This document shows positions 1 to 9,765 of a DNA stretch of 64,000 nucleotides, piece after piece. The notes under the pieces were generated by a model. That model ran no database searches. It saw nothing but the letters and a program-made list of their open reading frames with translations, and was not told the DNA's origin. Position numbers and translations under genes: made by a program. Source of the stretch: Candidatus Binatia bacterium (GTDB lineage Bacteria; Desulfobacterota; Binatia; UBA9968; JAJDTQ01); assembly GCA_963666515.2 (NCBI GenBank), contig OY762897.2:1376001-1440000 (forward strand). The letters are read 5' to 3'. Numbering within the stretch: the stretch's first letter is position 1; each line of letters begins with the position of its first letter.

Positions 1-296
1 ACGGCGAGCCGACCGCCTGCAACGTCGACCGGGGCGGGCGCCTCCACAGCGGCTGGGGCTCGGCCCTGCTCCACGAGCGCATCGTCCGGGAGACCCTCAA
101 GGAAGTGCGGCGCTGCACCCAGAGCGGCATCCGCATCAACACCTTCATGCTGGGCATGGACTACTACCGCATGGGCTTCGTGGACCGCCTCACCCGCATG
201 AACACCGGCCGCGTCTTCTACACCTCTCCCGACGAGATCGGCAACTACATCGTCGTCGACTACCTCGCCAACAAGCGCAAGCGCCTGCGGCGCTGA
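1..296 (+). CDS. vWA domain-containing protein, C-terminal part (5' truncated by window edge)
   Basis: Frame open from window start reads (D)GEPTA...ETLKEVRRCTQSGIRINTFML...GRVFY, typical C-terminal vWA motifs. Confidence 0.7.
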   Translation, partial: GEPTACNVDRGGRLHSGWGSALLHERIVRETLKEVRRCTQSGIRINTFMLGMDYYRMGFVDRLTRMNTGRVFYTSPDEIGNYIVVDYLANKRKRLRR

Positions 297-334
297 CTCA
301 CAATGTGCGCGTATCGCGCGGGAGTGCACGAACA

Positions 335-361
335 CGTCATTCCGGCGAAAGCCGGAATCCA
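335..361 (+). repeat. CGTC-type REP-like palindrome
   Basis: CGTCATTCCGGC-GAAA-GCCGGAATCCA between convergent genes; related copies at 2514, 11760 and 13072. Confidence 0.75.
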
Positions 362-384
362 GGGGCGGGGCGGCGCCGGTCCAG

Positions 385-1557
385 TTACTCCGTGACGAGC
401 GCCAGCACTCCCGTGTAGGTGAGCAGGTGGTTGCCGCCCCCCATGGGGCCGATCTCGTAGTTGCCGAAGAAGCCGATGACCGGCACGCCGGCCAGGGCCT
501 GCTTGATGTAGGCGGTATCGATGCCGGGTACGCCGTAGAGGCCGCTGCCGCGGGCGCAGCAGTTGAAGTAGAGGCCCAGCCGGGGCTTCCTGCCTTCGAG
601 CCGGGCCGCCTGCCGCTCCAGCATCTGCCCGAGGTCATCCCGTGCCCGCTGCCCGTCGCGCAGGGTGAAGATCAGCGGTTGCCCGGCTTCCACGGGTTGA
701 GCCACCGCGAGAATGCCGCGCTGCGCGTCCAGGCCGATGATGTTGCGGACGAGATACTGCCCGGGCTCGATCTCGCTCTGACGCGGGTCCGGCGGCAGCC
801 CCACGAACACGAACGCGAGCGCGCGGCGCAGGTCCTGCTGGAACGGTTTGCCGATGAGATCGACGAACACCTCGAAAGCCGGGCGGTCGTTGATCTCGAA
901 GATCAGGTTCTCGTGCGCCTTGGTGATGACCATGGGCTCGCCCACCGGCTGGCAGCCCTGGGTCAGCTCGATGGCGGTGGTGCAGGCGCCCGACAGCGCG
1001 AACCCGACCGCGCTGTTGCCGGTCACACGATCCTCGTAGAACTGGTAGGTGCGGCCGTGGCTGCCGTTCTCGGACGCGCCCGCGCCGACCACCGGCCCGG
1101 CGTGGCCCGCCGTCGCCATGCCATCCAGAATGGCGTCGGGGCGGCTCCGGTAGCCGTCGGCCAGGAGCACGGTCAGGGAAGGGGAGTCCGCACCCACGGC
1201 GTTGGCGATGTCCTGTCCCGCGGCGGCGTCGTTTCCCTTGAGCGAGTCGCGGATGAAGGGGCGCGCCCGCACCGCGTCGGAAGCCAGCGCCATGACGGCG
1301 ACGCCGGACTCCCCCTCGATCTCGCCGCCGTCCGTCAGGATCCCCAGGCCGCTGCAGCCCACGGTGTTGCGGGTGCCGGTGATCCCCTGAAGCGTGACCA
1401 GTTCTTCCTCCAGGGCGCCGACGTGGTCGACCGTGGCGTAGATCACCACCAGGTCGGCGCCGCCGTCCGGCAGACCTTCCATGGCGCTCCGCGCCGCGGC
1501 CTCGACCGCCGCCCGCGTGTCCGCCAGCGATGACTGTCCGACTCCGGCCTTCAGCAT
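385..1557 (-). CDS. FIST N/C domain signal-transduction protein
   Basis: VGCSG, GAGAS, TQGCQPVG, FNCCARG, GFFGNYEIGP motifs; start taken at ATG 1557 (MLKAGVG). Confidence 0.85.
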   Translation of the reverse strand: MLKAGVGQSSLADTRAAVEAAARSAMEGLPDGGADLVVIYATVDHVGALEEELVTLQGITGTRNTVGCSGLGILTDGGEIEGESGVAVMALASDAVRARPFIRDSLKGNDAAAGQDIANAVGADSPSLTVLLADGYRSRPDAILDGMATAGHAGPVVGAGASENGSHGRTYQFYEDRVTGNSAVGFALSGACTTAIELTQGCQPVGEPMVITKAHENLIFEINDRPAFEVFVDLIGKPFQQDLRRALAFVFVGLPPDPRQSEIEPGQYLVRNIIGLDAQRGILAVAQPVEAGQPLIFTLRDGQRARDDLGQMLERQAARLEGRKPRLGLYFNCCARGSGLYGVPGIDTAYIKQALAGVPVIGFFGNYEIGPMGGGNHLLTYTGVLALVTE

Positions 1558-1712
1558 GGCTTCAGGGTATGCAACACCGCGCCGCAGGTCAATCAAGTCG
1601 TGCGCGTTGCCCCCATGCGATCGGTCTTCGATTTCCTGGATGGGCTCTCTCATGGGCGGCGCCAGGTTCCCGACTATGGTCCGGGCCACCCGAGTTTGCT
1701 ATAAAGGGCCGC

Positions 1713-2483
1713 ATGAGAATCGTTCAGATACCCCTGCTAAGAGACAATTACGGTTACCTTCTGGTCTGCGAGAAGACCAACCAGGCGAGCATCGTGGACC
1801 CGTCCGAGGGCGAACCCGTCTGGCGTACGGTGCAGGAGGAGGGGGTCGAGCTGGTCGCGATCCTCAACACCCACCACCACCGGGATCACACCGGCGGGAA
1901 CGAGTACCTCCTCCAGCACAAGCCGGACCTGAAGGTGTTCGGCGCCAAGGTGGACGAGCACCGCATCCCAGGCATCACGCATCGGCTCATGGAGGGGGAC
2001 GACGTCGAGGTCGGGGAAGAGTGCGGCAGCGTGCTGTTCATTCCCGGCCATACCATCGGGCACCTCGGCTTCGTGTTCCCCGGAACGCTGTTCAGCGGAG
2101 ACGCCCTGTTCGCCGGCGGTTGCGGCCGGGTCTTCGAGGGAACCGCCGCGCAGATGACCTCGTCCCTGGACAAGCTCCGCGACCTCTCCGGCGACATCTT
2201 GGTCTACTGCGGCCACGAGTACACCGAGAAGAACCTCCAGTTCGCGCTGACGGTGGAACCGGGCAACGAGGATATCCGCCAGCGGCTGGAGGCGGTGCAG
2301 GCGCTCAGGGCCAAGGACCAGTTCACGGTGCCCTCCCGCCTGGACGACGAGCTCGCGACCAATCCGTTCCTCCGCTGTGAAAGCGACGAGATCAAACACG
2401 GCATGGCCGAGCGCTTCCCGGGGATCGAGACGGACCCGGTTTCCGTGTTCGCCAAAGTCCGGGAACTCAAGGACGCCTATTAG
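1713..2483 (+). CDS. gloB: hydroxyacylglutathione hydrolase (glyoxalase II)
   Basis: DNYGYL, THHHRDHTGG metallo-beta-lactamase motif, GHT, GDALFAGGCGR, CGHEYT, TNPFLR. Confidence 0.92.
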   Translation: MRIVQIPLLRDNYGYLLVCEKTNQASIVDPSEGEPVWRTVQEEGVELVAILNTHHHRDHTGGNEYLLQHKPDLKVFGAKVDEHRIPGITHRLMEGDDVEVGEECGSVLFIPGHTIGHLGFVFPGTLFSGDALFAGGCGRVFEGTAAQMTSSLDKLRDLSGDILVYCGHEYTEKNLQFALTVEPGNEDIRQRLEAVQALRAKDQFTVPSRLDDELATNPFLRCESDEIKHGMAERFPGIETDPVSVFAKVRELKDAY

Positions 2484-2513
2484 GCCCTTTGCGCACCGGC
2501 ACGAATCCCCAAC

Positions 2514-2541
2514 CGTCATCCCGGGCTTGACCCGGGATCCA
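2514..2541 (+). repeat. CGTC-type REP-like palindrome
   Basis: CGTCATCCCGGG-CTTGA-CCCGGGATCCA. Confidence 0.75.
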
Positions 2542-2601
2542 GAAGCACGACCCACGCTGTCCGCAACGTTCTCGACACGCGGCACGCCCTGGAGGTATTT
2601 G

Positions 2602-3468
2602 ATGCGGTTTGCGACCCTTAAGGACGGCACCGTGGCCGCGGTCACGCCGGAAGACGGGATGGTCTCTCTGGACGGCGTCTGCGGCTCGATGATCGAACTG
2701 GCGGCCTCGTATGAAACGAGCCGCGAAGCCATCGAACGCGCCGTCTCGGAGACGACCCCGACGGCCCTCGATGCCGCGCAACTGGCGGCCCCGGTGCCCG
2801 CCCCCTCGAAGATATGGGCGGCCGCCGGCAACTACAAGCGCGGGAGCGCGAACCTGGCCAGTGCCGGAGGGCGGGGCGAGGCCCGGGAGAGACCGCCGGA
2901 CGAGTTGCTGGAACACATCTTCCTCAAGCCGCCGTCCGCGGTCGTCGGCCCGGGCAAGGACATCCTCATCCCGGCCGACGCCGAGACCATCTTCCCGGAG
3001 CTGGAGCTGTGCGTCGTCATCGGCAGGGAGAGCCGGGACTTGTCGGTGGACGAGGCCCTGGACGCCGTGTTCGGTTACAGCGTCATCCTCGACGTCACCG
3101 CGCGGGGATACGGATCAGGCAAGAACCTCATGGGCACCCGCTGCGTGCGCAAGGGCTTCGACACTTTCGCGCCCGTGGGTCCCTGGATCGTCACCCGGGA
3201 CGAGATAGCCGATCCGCAGGCCCTGGAGATGCGCTTGTGGGTGAACGACGACCTGCGGCAGTCCGCCAGCACCGCCGGCATGATCAACGGCGTGGCACGG
3301 CTGGTGAGCTACCTCTCCCAGGTGGGCACCCTGATGCCGGGCGACCTCATCGCCAGCGGCAACCCGGACTCGCCGGAGTTCCAGCAACAACTGGCGGCGG
3401 GCGACGAACTGGTAGCGGAGATCGAGGGGATAGGGCGGCTCCGGCTGGGCGTCGCGCGCGCCGGTTAG
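2602..3468 (+). CDS. fumarylacetoacetate hydrolase family protein
   Basis: FLKPPS, ELELCVVIG, DVTAR, KGFDTFAPVGP, PGDLI; GGAGG RBS before ATG 2602. Confidence 0.88.
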   Translation: MRFATLKDGTVAAVTPEDGMVSLDGVCGSMIELAASYETSREAIERAVSETTPTALDAAQLAAPVPAPSKIWAAAGNYKRGSANLASAGGRGEARERPPDELLEHIFLKPPSAVVGPGKDILIPADAETIFPELELCVVIGRESRDLSVDEALDAVFGYSVILDVTARGYGSGKNLMGTRCVRKGFDTFAPVGPWIVTRDEIADPQALEMRLWVNDDLRQSASTAGMINGVARLVSYLSQVGTLMPGDLIASGNPDSPEFQQQLAAGDELVAEIEGIGRLRLGVARAG

Positions 3469-3515
3469 CCGGCGAGGTGTCCGGGCGGGTCGGGACCGAC
3501 CGAGGAGAGGAGCGC

Positions 3516-3995
3516 ATGGCCGAGGAGTTGCCCTTCCAGGATCAAGGCGCGACCACCCTGTGCTACGGGTGCGGTCCGGCCAACGAGCAGGGGCTCCAGA
3601 TCAAGAGCCGCTGGGACGGCGACGACGCGGTCGGCACGTGGACGGCGGAGCCGCACCACTGCGGCGGCACCCGCGAGGTGGTGAACGGCGGCGTCATCGC
3701 CACCTTGCTCGACTGCCACAGCATGAACCTCGCCATCGCCCGCGCCTACCGGGACGAGCAGCGGCCCATCGGCAGCGCGCCGCGGGTATTCTTCGTCACG
3801 GCCAACATGAACATCGACTACCGGCGGCCGACGCCGCTGGGAAAACCCCTGGAACTGCGCGCCTCCATCCGCAGGGTGCAAGGGAGGAAGACCTTCCTCA
3901 CCTGCACCCTGAGCTGCGAGCAGCAGGTTTGCGCCGAAGCCGACGTGCTGGCCATCCGCATCCACCGCGACGAGTCCGTCGAGCCTACCCGTTAG
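3516..3995 (+). CDS. PaaI/hotdog-fold thioesterase
   Basis: CYGCGPAN..GL, VNGGVIATLLD, IDYRRPTP; GAGGAG RBS. Confidence 0.85.
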   Translation: MAEELPFQDQGATTLCYGCGPANEQGLQIKSRWDGDDAVGTWTAEPHHCGGTREVVNGGVIATLLDCHSMNLAIARAYRDEQRPIGSAPRVFFVTANMNIDYRRPTPLGKPLELRASIRRVQGRKTFLTCTLSCEQQVCAEADVLAIRIHRDESVEPTR

Positions 3996-4675
3996 CGAGT
4001 CCGCATGTGCGACCACAACGACAGCACGAGATAATAGGCGGGGAAGAACAGCGACACCACGGCCAAGCCATATGACGGGTCCGGCAGGAAGTAAATCACG
4101 ACGAAGCACAACACTCCCCAAATCACCCCCAGGGTGATGGTGAGGCTCTGGAGAAGGGTGTTGCGGCTCGGATACAGATAGCGGATGGGCACGAACACCA
4201 TCACCGACAACGCGATCACCAGGACCCCGTTGAACCAAGGGCTCGACTCCAGCACGAAGCAGTAGAACGCCACCACGTTCCAGTACGAGGGAAACCCCAG
4301 GAAGTGGTGGTCGGGAGTCTTGGCGTTGGTCTGCGAGAAGCCGTAGGCGCTGGCCAGGAGCGGCAGGCAGACCATCCACCATCCGTGACCGGCCGGCAGA
4401 AGATCGGCCCAGAGCAGCAGAAAACACGGAACGAAGACGTAGTTGAGGTAGTCGACGATGTCGTCCAGGCGGGCGCCGTCCACCCCGGGGATCAGCTCCT
4501 TCACCCTCGCGGCTCGGGCGAAGGTCCCGTCCGTGGCGTCGAGAATCAGCGCCACCCCCATGAGCGCCAGCGCCTCCCGGTAGCGGCCCCCGGCGATCAG
4601 CGCCAGGGTAAACACCGCCACCGCCGCCCCAAGGGCGGTGTAGAGGTGCACCAGCCAAGCAAGCAGCAGTCGCAA
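3992..4675 (-). CDS. CDP-alcohol phosphatidyltransferase, phosphatidylcholine synthase (Pcs)-like
   Basis: VHLYTALG, DATDGTFAR...GARLDDIVDY CDP-OH motif, HFLGFPSYWN; start uncertain (TTG 4675). Confidence 0.75.
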   Translation of the reverse strand: MRLLLAWLVHLYTALGAAVAVFTLALIAGGRYREALALMGVALILDATDGTFARAARVKELIPGVDGARLDDIVDYLNYVFVPCFLLLWADLLPAGHGWWMVCLPLLASAYGFSQTNAKTPDHHFLGFPSYWNVVAFYCFVLESSPWFNGVLVIALSVMVFVPIRYLYPSRNTLLQSLTITLGVIWGVLCFVVIYFLPDPSYGLAVVSLFFPAYYLVLSLWSHMRTR

Positions 4676-4704
4676 TTTAGCGGACGGATTTCGGTGATCG
4701 GGCG

Positions 4705-5307
4705 TCAGTTTTGTGTGGCGGCGTAGCTGGCACGGGTGCGCAGCCGTTCGATCCAGCCGGACACGTTTTTGAGATCCGGGTCCAGGGGCACGTTGAAACG
4801 TTCCAGCAGGGCGATGTTGGGCATGTAGGCGATGTCCGCGAGGCTGAACGAGCCTGCCAAGTACTCCCTTCCCTGCAACTGTCTCTCGATCACCGTGAAG
4901 GCGGAGCCGATGTTCGCGCAAGTCTCGCGGATGAGCGCCACGTCGCGCTCCTCTTCCGGCTTCCGGTACTCGTGGATCAACGTGACGAAGTGGGGATTGA
5001 CGTGGTTGTCCCGAAAATCCTCCATCAGGCGGGCACGGGCGCGATTTTCCGAGTCACCGGGCAACAGCGGCGGATGCGGGTATTCGTCCTCCAGGTACTC
5101 GTTGATGACGGTGGAGTCGTAAACGATGAAGCCGTCGTCATCCAGGGCTGGCACTTGGCCGAAGGGATGGATCTTCAGGTACTCGGGGTCCTTCTGCTCC
5201 CGTTTCGTCAGGTCGATCACGACGCTCTCGAATTCCAACCCCTTTTCCAGCAGGGCGATGCGCACCTTCAACGAGTTCGTCGAAGGTGGAAAGTGGTAGA
5301 GTTTCAT
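4705..5307 (-). CDS. glutathione S-transferase family protein
   Basis: HPFGQVPAL, DSTVINEYL, FSLADI. Confidence 0.9.
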   Translation of the reverse strand: MKLYHFPPSTNSLKVRIALLEKGLEFESVVIDLTKREQKDPEYLKIHPFGQVPALDDDGFIVYDSTVINEYLEDEYPHPPLLPGDSENRARARLMEDFRDNHVNPHFVTLIHEYRKPEEERDVALIRETCANIGSAFTVIERQLQGREYLAGSFSLADIAYMPNIALLERFNVPLDPDLKNVSGWIERLRTRASYAATQN

Positions 5308-5394
5308 TCGCCCAACCTCCCGATTTTCATATCGCCCAGCCCCTGCCCGGACGATACCACAAACCAGGGGGCAGGACTACCGGACGGGCGGCTT

Positions 5395-6126
5395 TCACGG
5401 ATGGCTCGAAGGGCGCCGCAGGCGAATGGCCGCCAGGAAATCCCTTGCGAATCGCCGCGCCTCGGCCAGCCTTGCGGACACATCCGGCCACCCCCGCTGT
5501 ATCTCCTTCTGCTTGCGTCGATAGTCGTCCTGATGTTTCCTGAAGCGCTTTCGCTTCGGCAATGCGGCCAGTTGCTCCTCGGGACGGGACCGACATTCCC
5601 AATCGTCTTGCTGAACGAGATTGTTGTCCGGCCAGACCGCCGCAACCACCCATGCTTCGATGTTCTTCGATGGCGTGCTCAAGATCACCTGTGACGGAGT
5701 TCTGGATTCGCCCAGCCAGTTGAGAACGACCCCTCGCAACGTGTCCGTAGTGTCGCTGGACGGTGGGCAGGGCTGTTCGCAGGGCAGGTCTTGGCGCGGC
5801 GCATCGCGAACGCCTCCGCTGGAGTATGTCTTGCTCGCCACGTCCGCGTCCATCTGCACGATCAACGCATCGTGGTGCAGCAATGCCGAGGAACCGGACA
5901 CGGAACCTCCGCCCTCCAAAGCAGCTTGCCTGCACCACCGATACACTCCGACCCATCCGGCACCGCGTGCGCTGGATGTTGCTTCACCAAAGGCGAGAGA
6001 CCTTTCCGGCTGAAGCGTCTGCAGGACGAAATCGGTATCCGGAAGCAGGGCAGCCAGGATTGATTCGAGCACGATTGCGTCGGTGGGTCCTTCGACGGCC
6101 ACGGCGACGCGCAACGGATCAGACAT
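5395..6126 (-). CDS. TOPRIM-like protein (DUF4276/RloB/AriB-like), partner of upstream ATPase
   Basis: N-terminal VAVEGPTD and later MDAD (DxD), IEAW; overlaps ATPase stop (ATGTCTGA). Confidence 0.6.
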   Translation of the reverse strand: MSDPLRVAVAVEGPTDAIVLESILAALLPDTDFVLQTLQPERSLAFGEATSSARGAGWVGVYRWCRQAALEGGGSVSGSSALLHHDALIVQMDADVASKTYSSGGVRDAPRQDLPCEQPCPPSSDTTDTLRGVVLNWLGESRTPSQVILSTPSKNIEAWVVAAVWPDNNLVQQDDWECRSRPEEQLAALPKRKRFRKHQDDYRRKQKEIQRGWPDVSARLAEARRFARDFLAAIRLRRPSSHP

Positions 6127-7324
6127 CCGGGACGCCTCCCAGATGTCCCATCACCCACAAACGCGACAACGTCCAGCCCTGCTCTGCCCGTTCCAACAGA
6201 TGGTCATTGACGACGATCCGGCAGATGGAAGTACGGCCCGAGTTGGCCCGGGACACGGTGAACAATCGCACACCCTCATCCTGCAATGGCAGTCCGTCCA
6301 ATACCAACGGGTTGTGCGTGGTCAGCAGGATCTGACGTGCGTTTTTCGCGGAAAGATACCATTCACACAGGAGCTTGATCAGAGAACGGGCCAACCTGGG
6401 ATTCAACCCGTGATCAGCGTTGTCAACGGCGCAAAGTCTGGGACTCTCCTTATGGCCCGACAAGACCGCGAGAAAGAGGGCGACCAAGGCGCCCTCGGAA
6501 GCGTCGTAGCCGGACAGGACGTTCCGGTCCTCGCGCATGAATCGGTCACGAAATCGTATCACGTTTCTCGACGCTGCCGCGCTCGGAGAAAGCGAAAGCC
6601 GGCTGGCGGAGGTTGCACCAAAACTCTTGGCCCAATCCACGAGCCCAAGCGTCTCTCGACAAATCCGTCGGCTGTGGGCATCACTGACACGTTGCCTGAG
6701 CAACTCCGATATCGCTTGAGGCAGCCCCCCTCCAGAGAGGCCCACCGGGTGTCTCGGTTGTGTTTCCGGAGCAACGCCACGCAGCACCGGTGTGGTCGGT
6801 GAATAAATCACGTAACCTTGCAATAGTTTCAAGAGGTCCAGGGCGGAACCTGACGGCACTTCCACGGCCTTTAATGCGGCGAGACCTCGCTCGGGATCGA
6901 CTCCGTTCGAGTTTTGGCTACGCGGCGACCGGCCGACAAGGGGCTTGGCCTTCGTCTCGCCATCGTCCCACAACTCTGTCTTGAATCGCCATGCAGGCGC
7001 CGGTTCCGTAAGAGGGTTGTGGAGTGAGACTTCGTATCTGGCATGGGCGCCTTGACCGCCGAAGAATAGATGCGGAGGGATTCTTTCGCCGGCCTTGGCC
7101 GGAAAGGCCGACTTGTACAACGCGGGAAGGCCGGGCCGGACGCCGCGGGCCAGCAGGGTCTGGTCGTCAACCCTGCCGTCCGCGGCCGCGGATAGTATGC
7201 CCAACGCCTCCAGGAGATTGCTCTTACCGCTCCCGTTGGCGCCAATGAAGACGTTAACCTGTCCCAGGTCAACCGTCACGTCATCCAGAGACTTGAAGGT
7301 CTTGACGTATAGTTTCTCCAGCAT
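6119..7324 (-). CDS. AAA_21/ABC-type ATPase (AbiEii/RloA/AriA-like)
   Basis: FKSL, Walker A GANGSGKS, signature ASEG, Walker B-like AVDNAD..LNP, H-loop LTTHNP, C-terminal LWVMGHLGGVP. Confidence 0.85.
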   Translation of the reverse strand: MLEKLYVKTFKSLDDVTVDLGQVNVFIGANGSGKSNLLEALGILSAAADGRVDDQTLLARGVRPGLPALYKSAFPAKAGERIPPHLFFGGQGAHARYEVSLHNPLTEPAPAWRFKTELWDDGETKAKPLVGRSPRSQNSNGVDPERGLAALKAVEVPSGSALDLLKLLQGYVIYSPTTPVLRGVAPETQPRHPVGLSGGGLPQAISELLRQRVSDAHSRRICRETLGLVDWAKSFGATSASRLSLSPSAAASRNVIRFRDRFMREDRNVLSGYDASEGALVALFLAVLSGHKESPRLCAVDNADHGLNPRLARSLIKLLCEWYLSAKNARQILLTTHNPLVLDGLPLQDEGVRLFTVSRANSGRTSICRIVVNDHLLERAEQGWTLSRLWVMGHLGGVPDV

Positions 7325-7378
7325 CGGAAGTGCTTCCCAGTGCCTTGTGGTTCCGCGAATCCTGGATCGGTCCTCGCG

Positions 7379-8353
7379 TCAAACTTCCAGCCCAAGCCTC
7401 CCGATGCTCTCGATGTAGTCGTCGATGCCTTTTTCCAGGTCGTACTGCGGCGAGTAGCCCAACTGCTCGCGGGCCTTGGTGATGTCGAAGACGCAGTAGC
7501 TCTGCTTGTAGCCGTCGCGGAAGTCGAGGCCGGGGCCGATGTCGATCTTCGCCTCGGGGAAGATGAGCTTCAGCACGTCGGCGAAGTCTTTCAGCGTAAC
7601 GCCCCTGCCGGTGCCGATGTTGAACGTCCACTGGGTGAGGCCCTCGGCGTTAAGGGCCAGGACGATGGAATGGGCGACGTCGCCGACGTAGACGGCGTCG
7701 TTCCGCTGGTCGCCGCCGCGCGGGATGGAAACCTCCCGTCCGGCCATGGCGTCCTCGATGATCTTGCCGTAGAGGGCCAGCACGCCGTGGCGCGCCAGCT
7801 TGCCCGGGCCGTAGATGGAAGGGTAGCGCAGGGCCACGAACTCGATGCCGTAGCGCTTGCGGTAGTAGTTGCCAAGCGTCTCGGAGCAGACCTTGGTGAC
7901 GCCGTAGAGGTCCGCGGGGTTGGGCGGCAGGGATTCGTCCAGAGGCACGAAATCGGGATGGCCGTGCTTGCCGCTGATGTTGCCGACGAAGGCGTTGGAG
8001 CTGGTGTAGACCACGCGCCGGACGTCGCAGGCGCGTGCGGCTTCCAGCACGTTCAGGGTGCCGTCCACCCCGATGGCGATGGCCAGGCTCGGATTGGCCT
8101 CGGCCGGGCCGGGCATCAGGGCCGCCATGTGCGCGATATGGGTGATGCCATGGGCCGCCACGACCTCCTTCAGCCCCGCGCCGTCCAGGATGTCGCCGGT
8201 CGCCACGTCCACGCCGTCCGCGATGTCCGCGATCAGCGACAGGTCCACACGGTTGTCCAGCAGCACGGGCCGTTGCCCTCGGGACACCAGGAGGCGCGCG
8301 GTGGCCGCGCCGTTCACGCCGGTTCCGCCGGTAATCAAGGTCTTCATTGTCAC
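7379..8353 (-). CDS. NAD-dependent epimerase/dehydratase (extended SDR)
   Basis: ITGGTGVNG, YTSS, YGVTK (YxxxK), IYGPG. Confidence 0.9.
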   Translation of the reverse strand: MTMKTLITGGTGVNGAATARLLVSRGQRPVLLDNRVDLSLIADIADGVDVATGDILDGAGLKEVVAAHGITHIAHMAALMPGPAEANPSLAIAIGVDGTLNVLEAARACDVRRVVYTSSNAFVGNISGKHGHPDFVPLDESLPPNPADLYGVTKVCSETLGNYYRKRYGIEFVALRYPSIYGPGKLARHGVLALYGKIIEDAMAGREVSIPRGGDQRNDAVYVGDVAHSIVLALNAEGLTQWTFNIGTGRGVTLKDFADVLKLIFPEAKIDIGPGLDFRDGYKQSYCVFDITKAREQLGYSPQYDLEKGIDDYIESIGRLGLEV

Positions 8354-8380
8354 CCAATCCTCAATGCAAAACGCCAGCCA

Positions 8381-8417
8381 CCCTTCGACTTCGCTCCGCT
8401 ACGCTCAGGGTGAACGG
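8381..8417 (+). repeat. CCCTTCGAC...GCTCAGG..GAACGG REP-like element
   Basis: CCCTTCGACTTCGCTCCGCTACGCTCAGGGTGAACGG; related copies at 9228-9331, 14305-14321 and 35038-35097. Confidence 0.75.
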
Positions 8418-8484
8418 GAGAACACGACCTTCAGGGTCTGCTTAGCCGCTTCAGGCCCCTCGTGCAATACGCTATAGTGGAATC

Positions 8485-9225
8485 ATGATGTACCGGACCC
8501 AGCCCGCCTACGGGTCGTTCAGCTTCGGCGGTCCGGTCACGCCCGCGGTCAAGTGGCTCTTGATCGTCAACATCGTCGTCTTCGTCTTCCAGCTTCCCTA
8601 TCTCGGCGGCCGTCCGCTGCTGTGGATATTTGGCCTGGTGCCGCAGCTCGTGTGGGAACAGCTCCACGTCTGGCAGCTCTTCACCTACCAGTTCCTCCAT
8701 TTCGGCCTGTTCCACATCCTGTTCAACATGCTGGCCCTGTGGATGTTCGGGTGCGACCTGGAGCGGGCCTGGGGCACGCGGTTCTTCCTCAAGTACTACT
8801 GGGTCAGCGTGGTGGGGGGCGGGCTCTGCGTGCTGCTCCTGGAGCCGGCCCAGGCCATCCCCACCATCGGCGCGTCGGCCGGCATCTACGGCGTGCTGCT
8901 GGCCTACGGGCGGCTCTATCCCAACACGGTTGTCTACTTCTACCTGCTGTTCCCCATAAAGATGAAGTACTTCGTGCTCATCATCGGCGCCATCGCCTTC
9001 TTCTCGTCCATCAGCCCCGGCAACTCCGGCATCTCCCACCTGGGCCACCTCGGCGGCATGCTGTTCGGCTACGCCTACCTCCGCTGGGGCTACATGCTGA
9101 ACCTCCGGCGCTCGTGGGCCACGGCCAGGCACGAGTACTACCGTTTCCGCCTGGCCCGCCTCAAGCGGCGCTTCCGCGTGGTCGAGGGGAAGAAGAAGGA
9201 CGACGAGCCGCCCACGCTGCACTAA
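8485..9225 (+). CDS. rhomboid family intramembrane serine protease
   Basis: WQLFTYQFLH, HILFNM, GASAG (catalytic Ser), HLGG (catalytic His). Confidence 0.92.
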   Translation: MMYRTQPAYGSFSFGGPVTPAVKWLLIVNIVVFVFQLPYLGGRPLLWIFGLVPQLVWEQLHVWQLFTYQFLHFGLFHILFNMLALWMFGCDLERAWGTRFFLKYYWVSVVGGGLCVLLLEPAQAIPTIGASAGIYGVLLAYGRLYPNTVVYFYLLFPIKMKYFVLIIGAIAFFSSISPGNSGISHLGHLGGMLFGYAYLRWGYMLNLRRSWATARHEYYRFRLARLKRRFRVVEGKKKDDEPPTLH

Positions 9226-9227
9226 TG

Positions 9228-9331
9228 GCGTCCTTCGACTTCGCTCCGCTACGCGTCGCTACGCTCAGGACGAACGGTTGTGACAGCCTTTCTGTTCGTC
9301 CTGAGCGTAGCGAAGCGAAGTCGAAGGACGC
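9228..9331. repeat. inverted pair of TTCGAC-type REP elements (BIME/REPIN-like hairpin)
   Basis: GCGTCCTTCGACTTCGCT...CTCAGGACGAAC / GTTCGTCCTGAG...AGCGAAGTCGAAGGACGC between convergent rhomboid and arfB. Confidence 0.8.
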
Positions 9332-9339
9332 AAACTTAC

Positions 9340-9765
9340 TTACTCGGACAAGCTCGTCGCGGGTGCGCGCGACTTCTTGATCTCGCTCCGTTTTCGCTTG
9401 TCGTCGAGACGGCGCTGCCGCGCCCCCAGGGTGGGCTTGGTGGGGCGTCGCGGAACGGGTTTCTCAGCGGCCTTGCGGATCAGCTTCGCCAGCCGCTCCA
9501 GCGCGTCCTCCCGGTTGTGCGACTGGTCGCGGTAGCGACGGGCCTCGATGGTCAGCACCCCGTTCTTGTCCACGCGCCTCCCGGCCGCTCGCAGGAGGCG
9601 TTCCCGCACGGCCGCCGGCAGCGACGGGGAATCGATGATCCTGAACCGGAGCTGCACTGCGGTGGCGGTCTTGTTGACGTTCTGCCCGCCGGGCCCTGAA
9701 GCCCGGATGAACCGCTCTTCGATCTCGCCCTCGTCCAGGCTGATGCGGCTGGTAATTCGTAGCAT
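9340..9765 (-). CDS. arfB: alternative ribosome rescue peptidyl-tRNA hydrolase ArfB (YaeJ)
   Basis: RASGPGGQNVNK, basic C-terminal tail RRPTKPT...RRLDDKRKRSEIK; only the last 141 aa of the 689-aa track ORF. Confidence 0.92.
   Translation of the reverse strand: MLRITSRISLDEGEIEERFIRASGPGGQNVNKTATAVQLRFRIIDSPSLPAAVRERLLRAAGRRVDKNGVLTIEARRYRDQSHNREDALERLAKLIRKAAEKPVPRRPTKPTLGARQRRLDDKRKRSEIKKSRAPATSLSE

Noticed and set aside
8381-9331. CRISPR array
   Set aside because: The repeats are dispersed or inverted palindromes without regular spacers, and there are no cas genes
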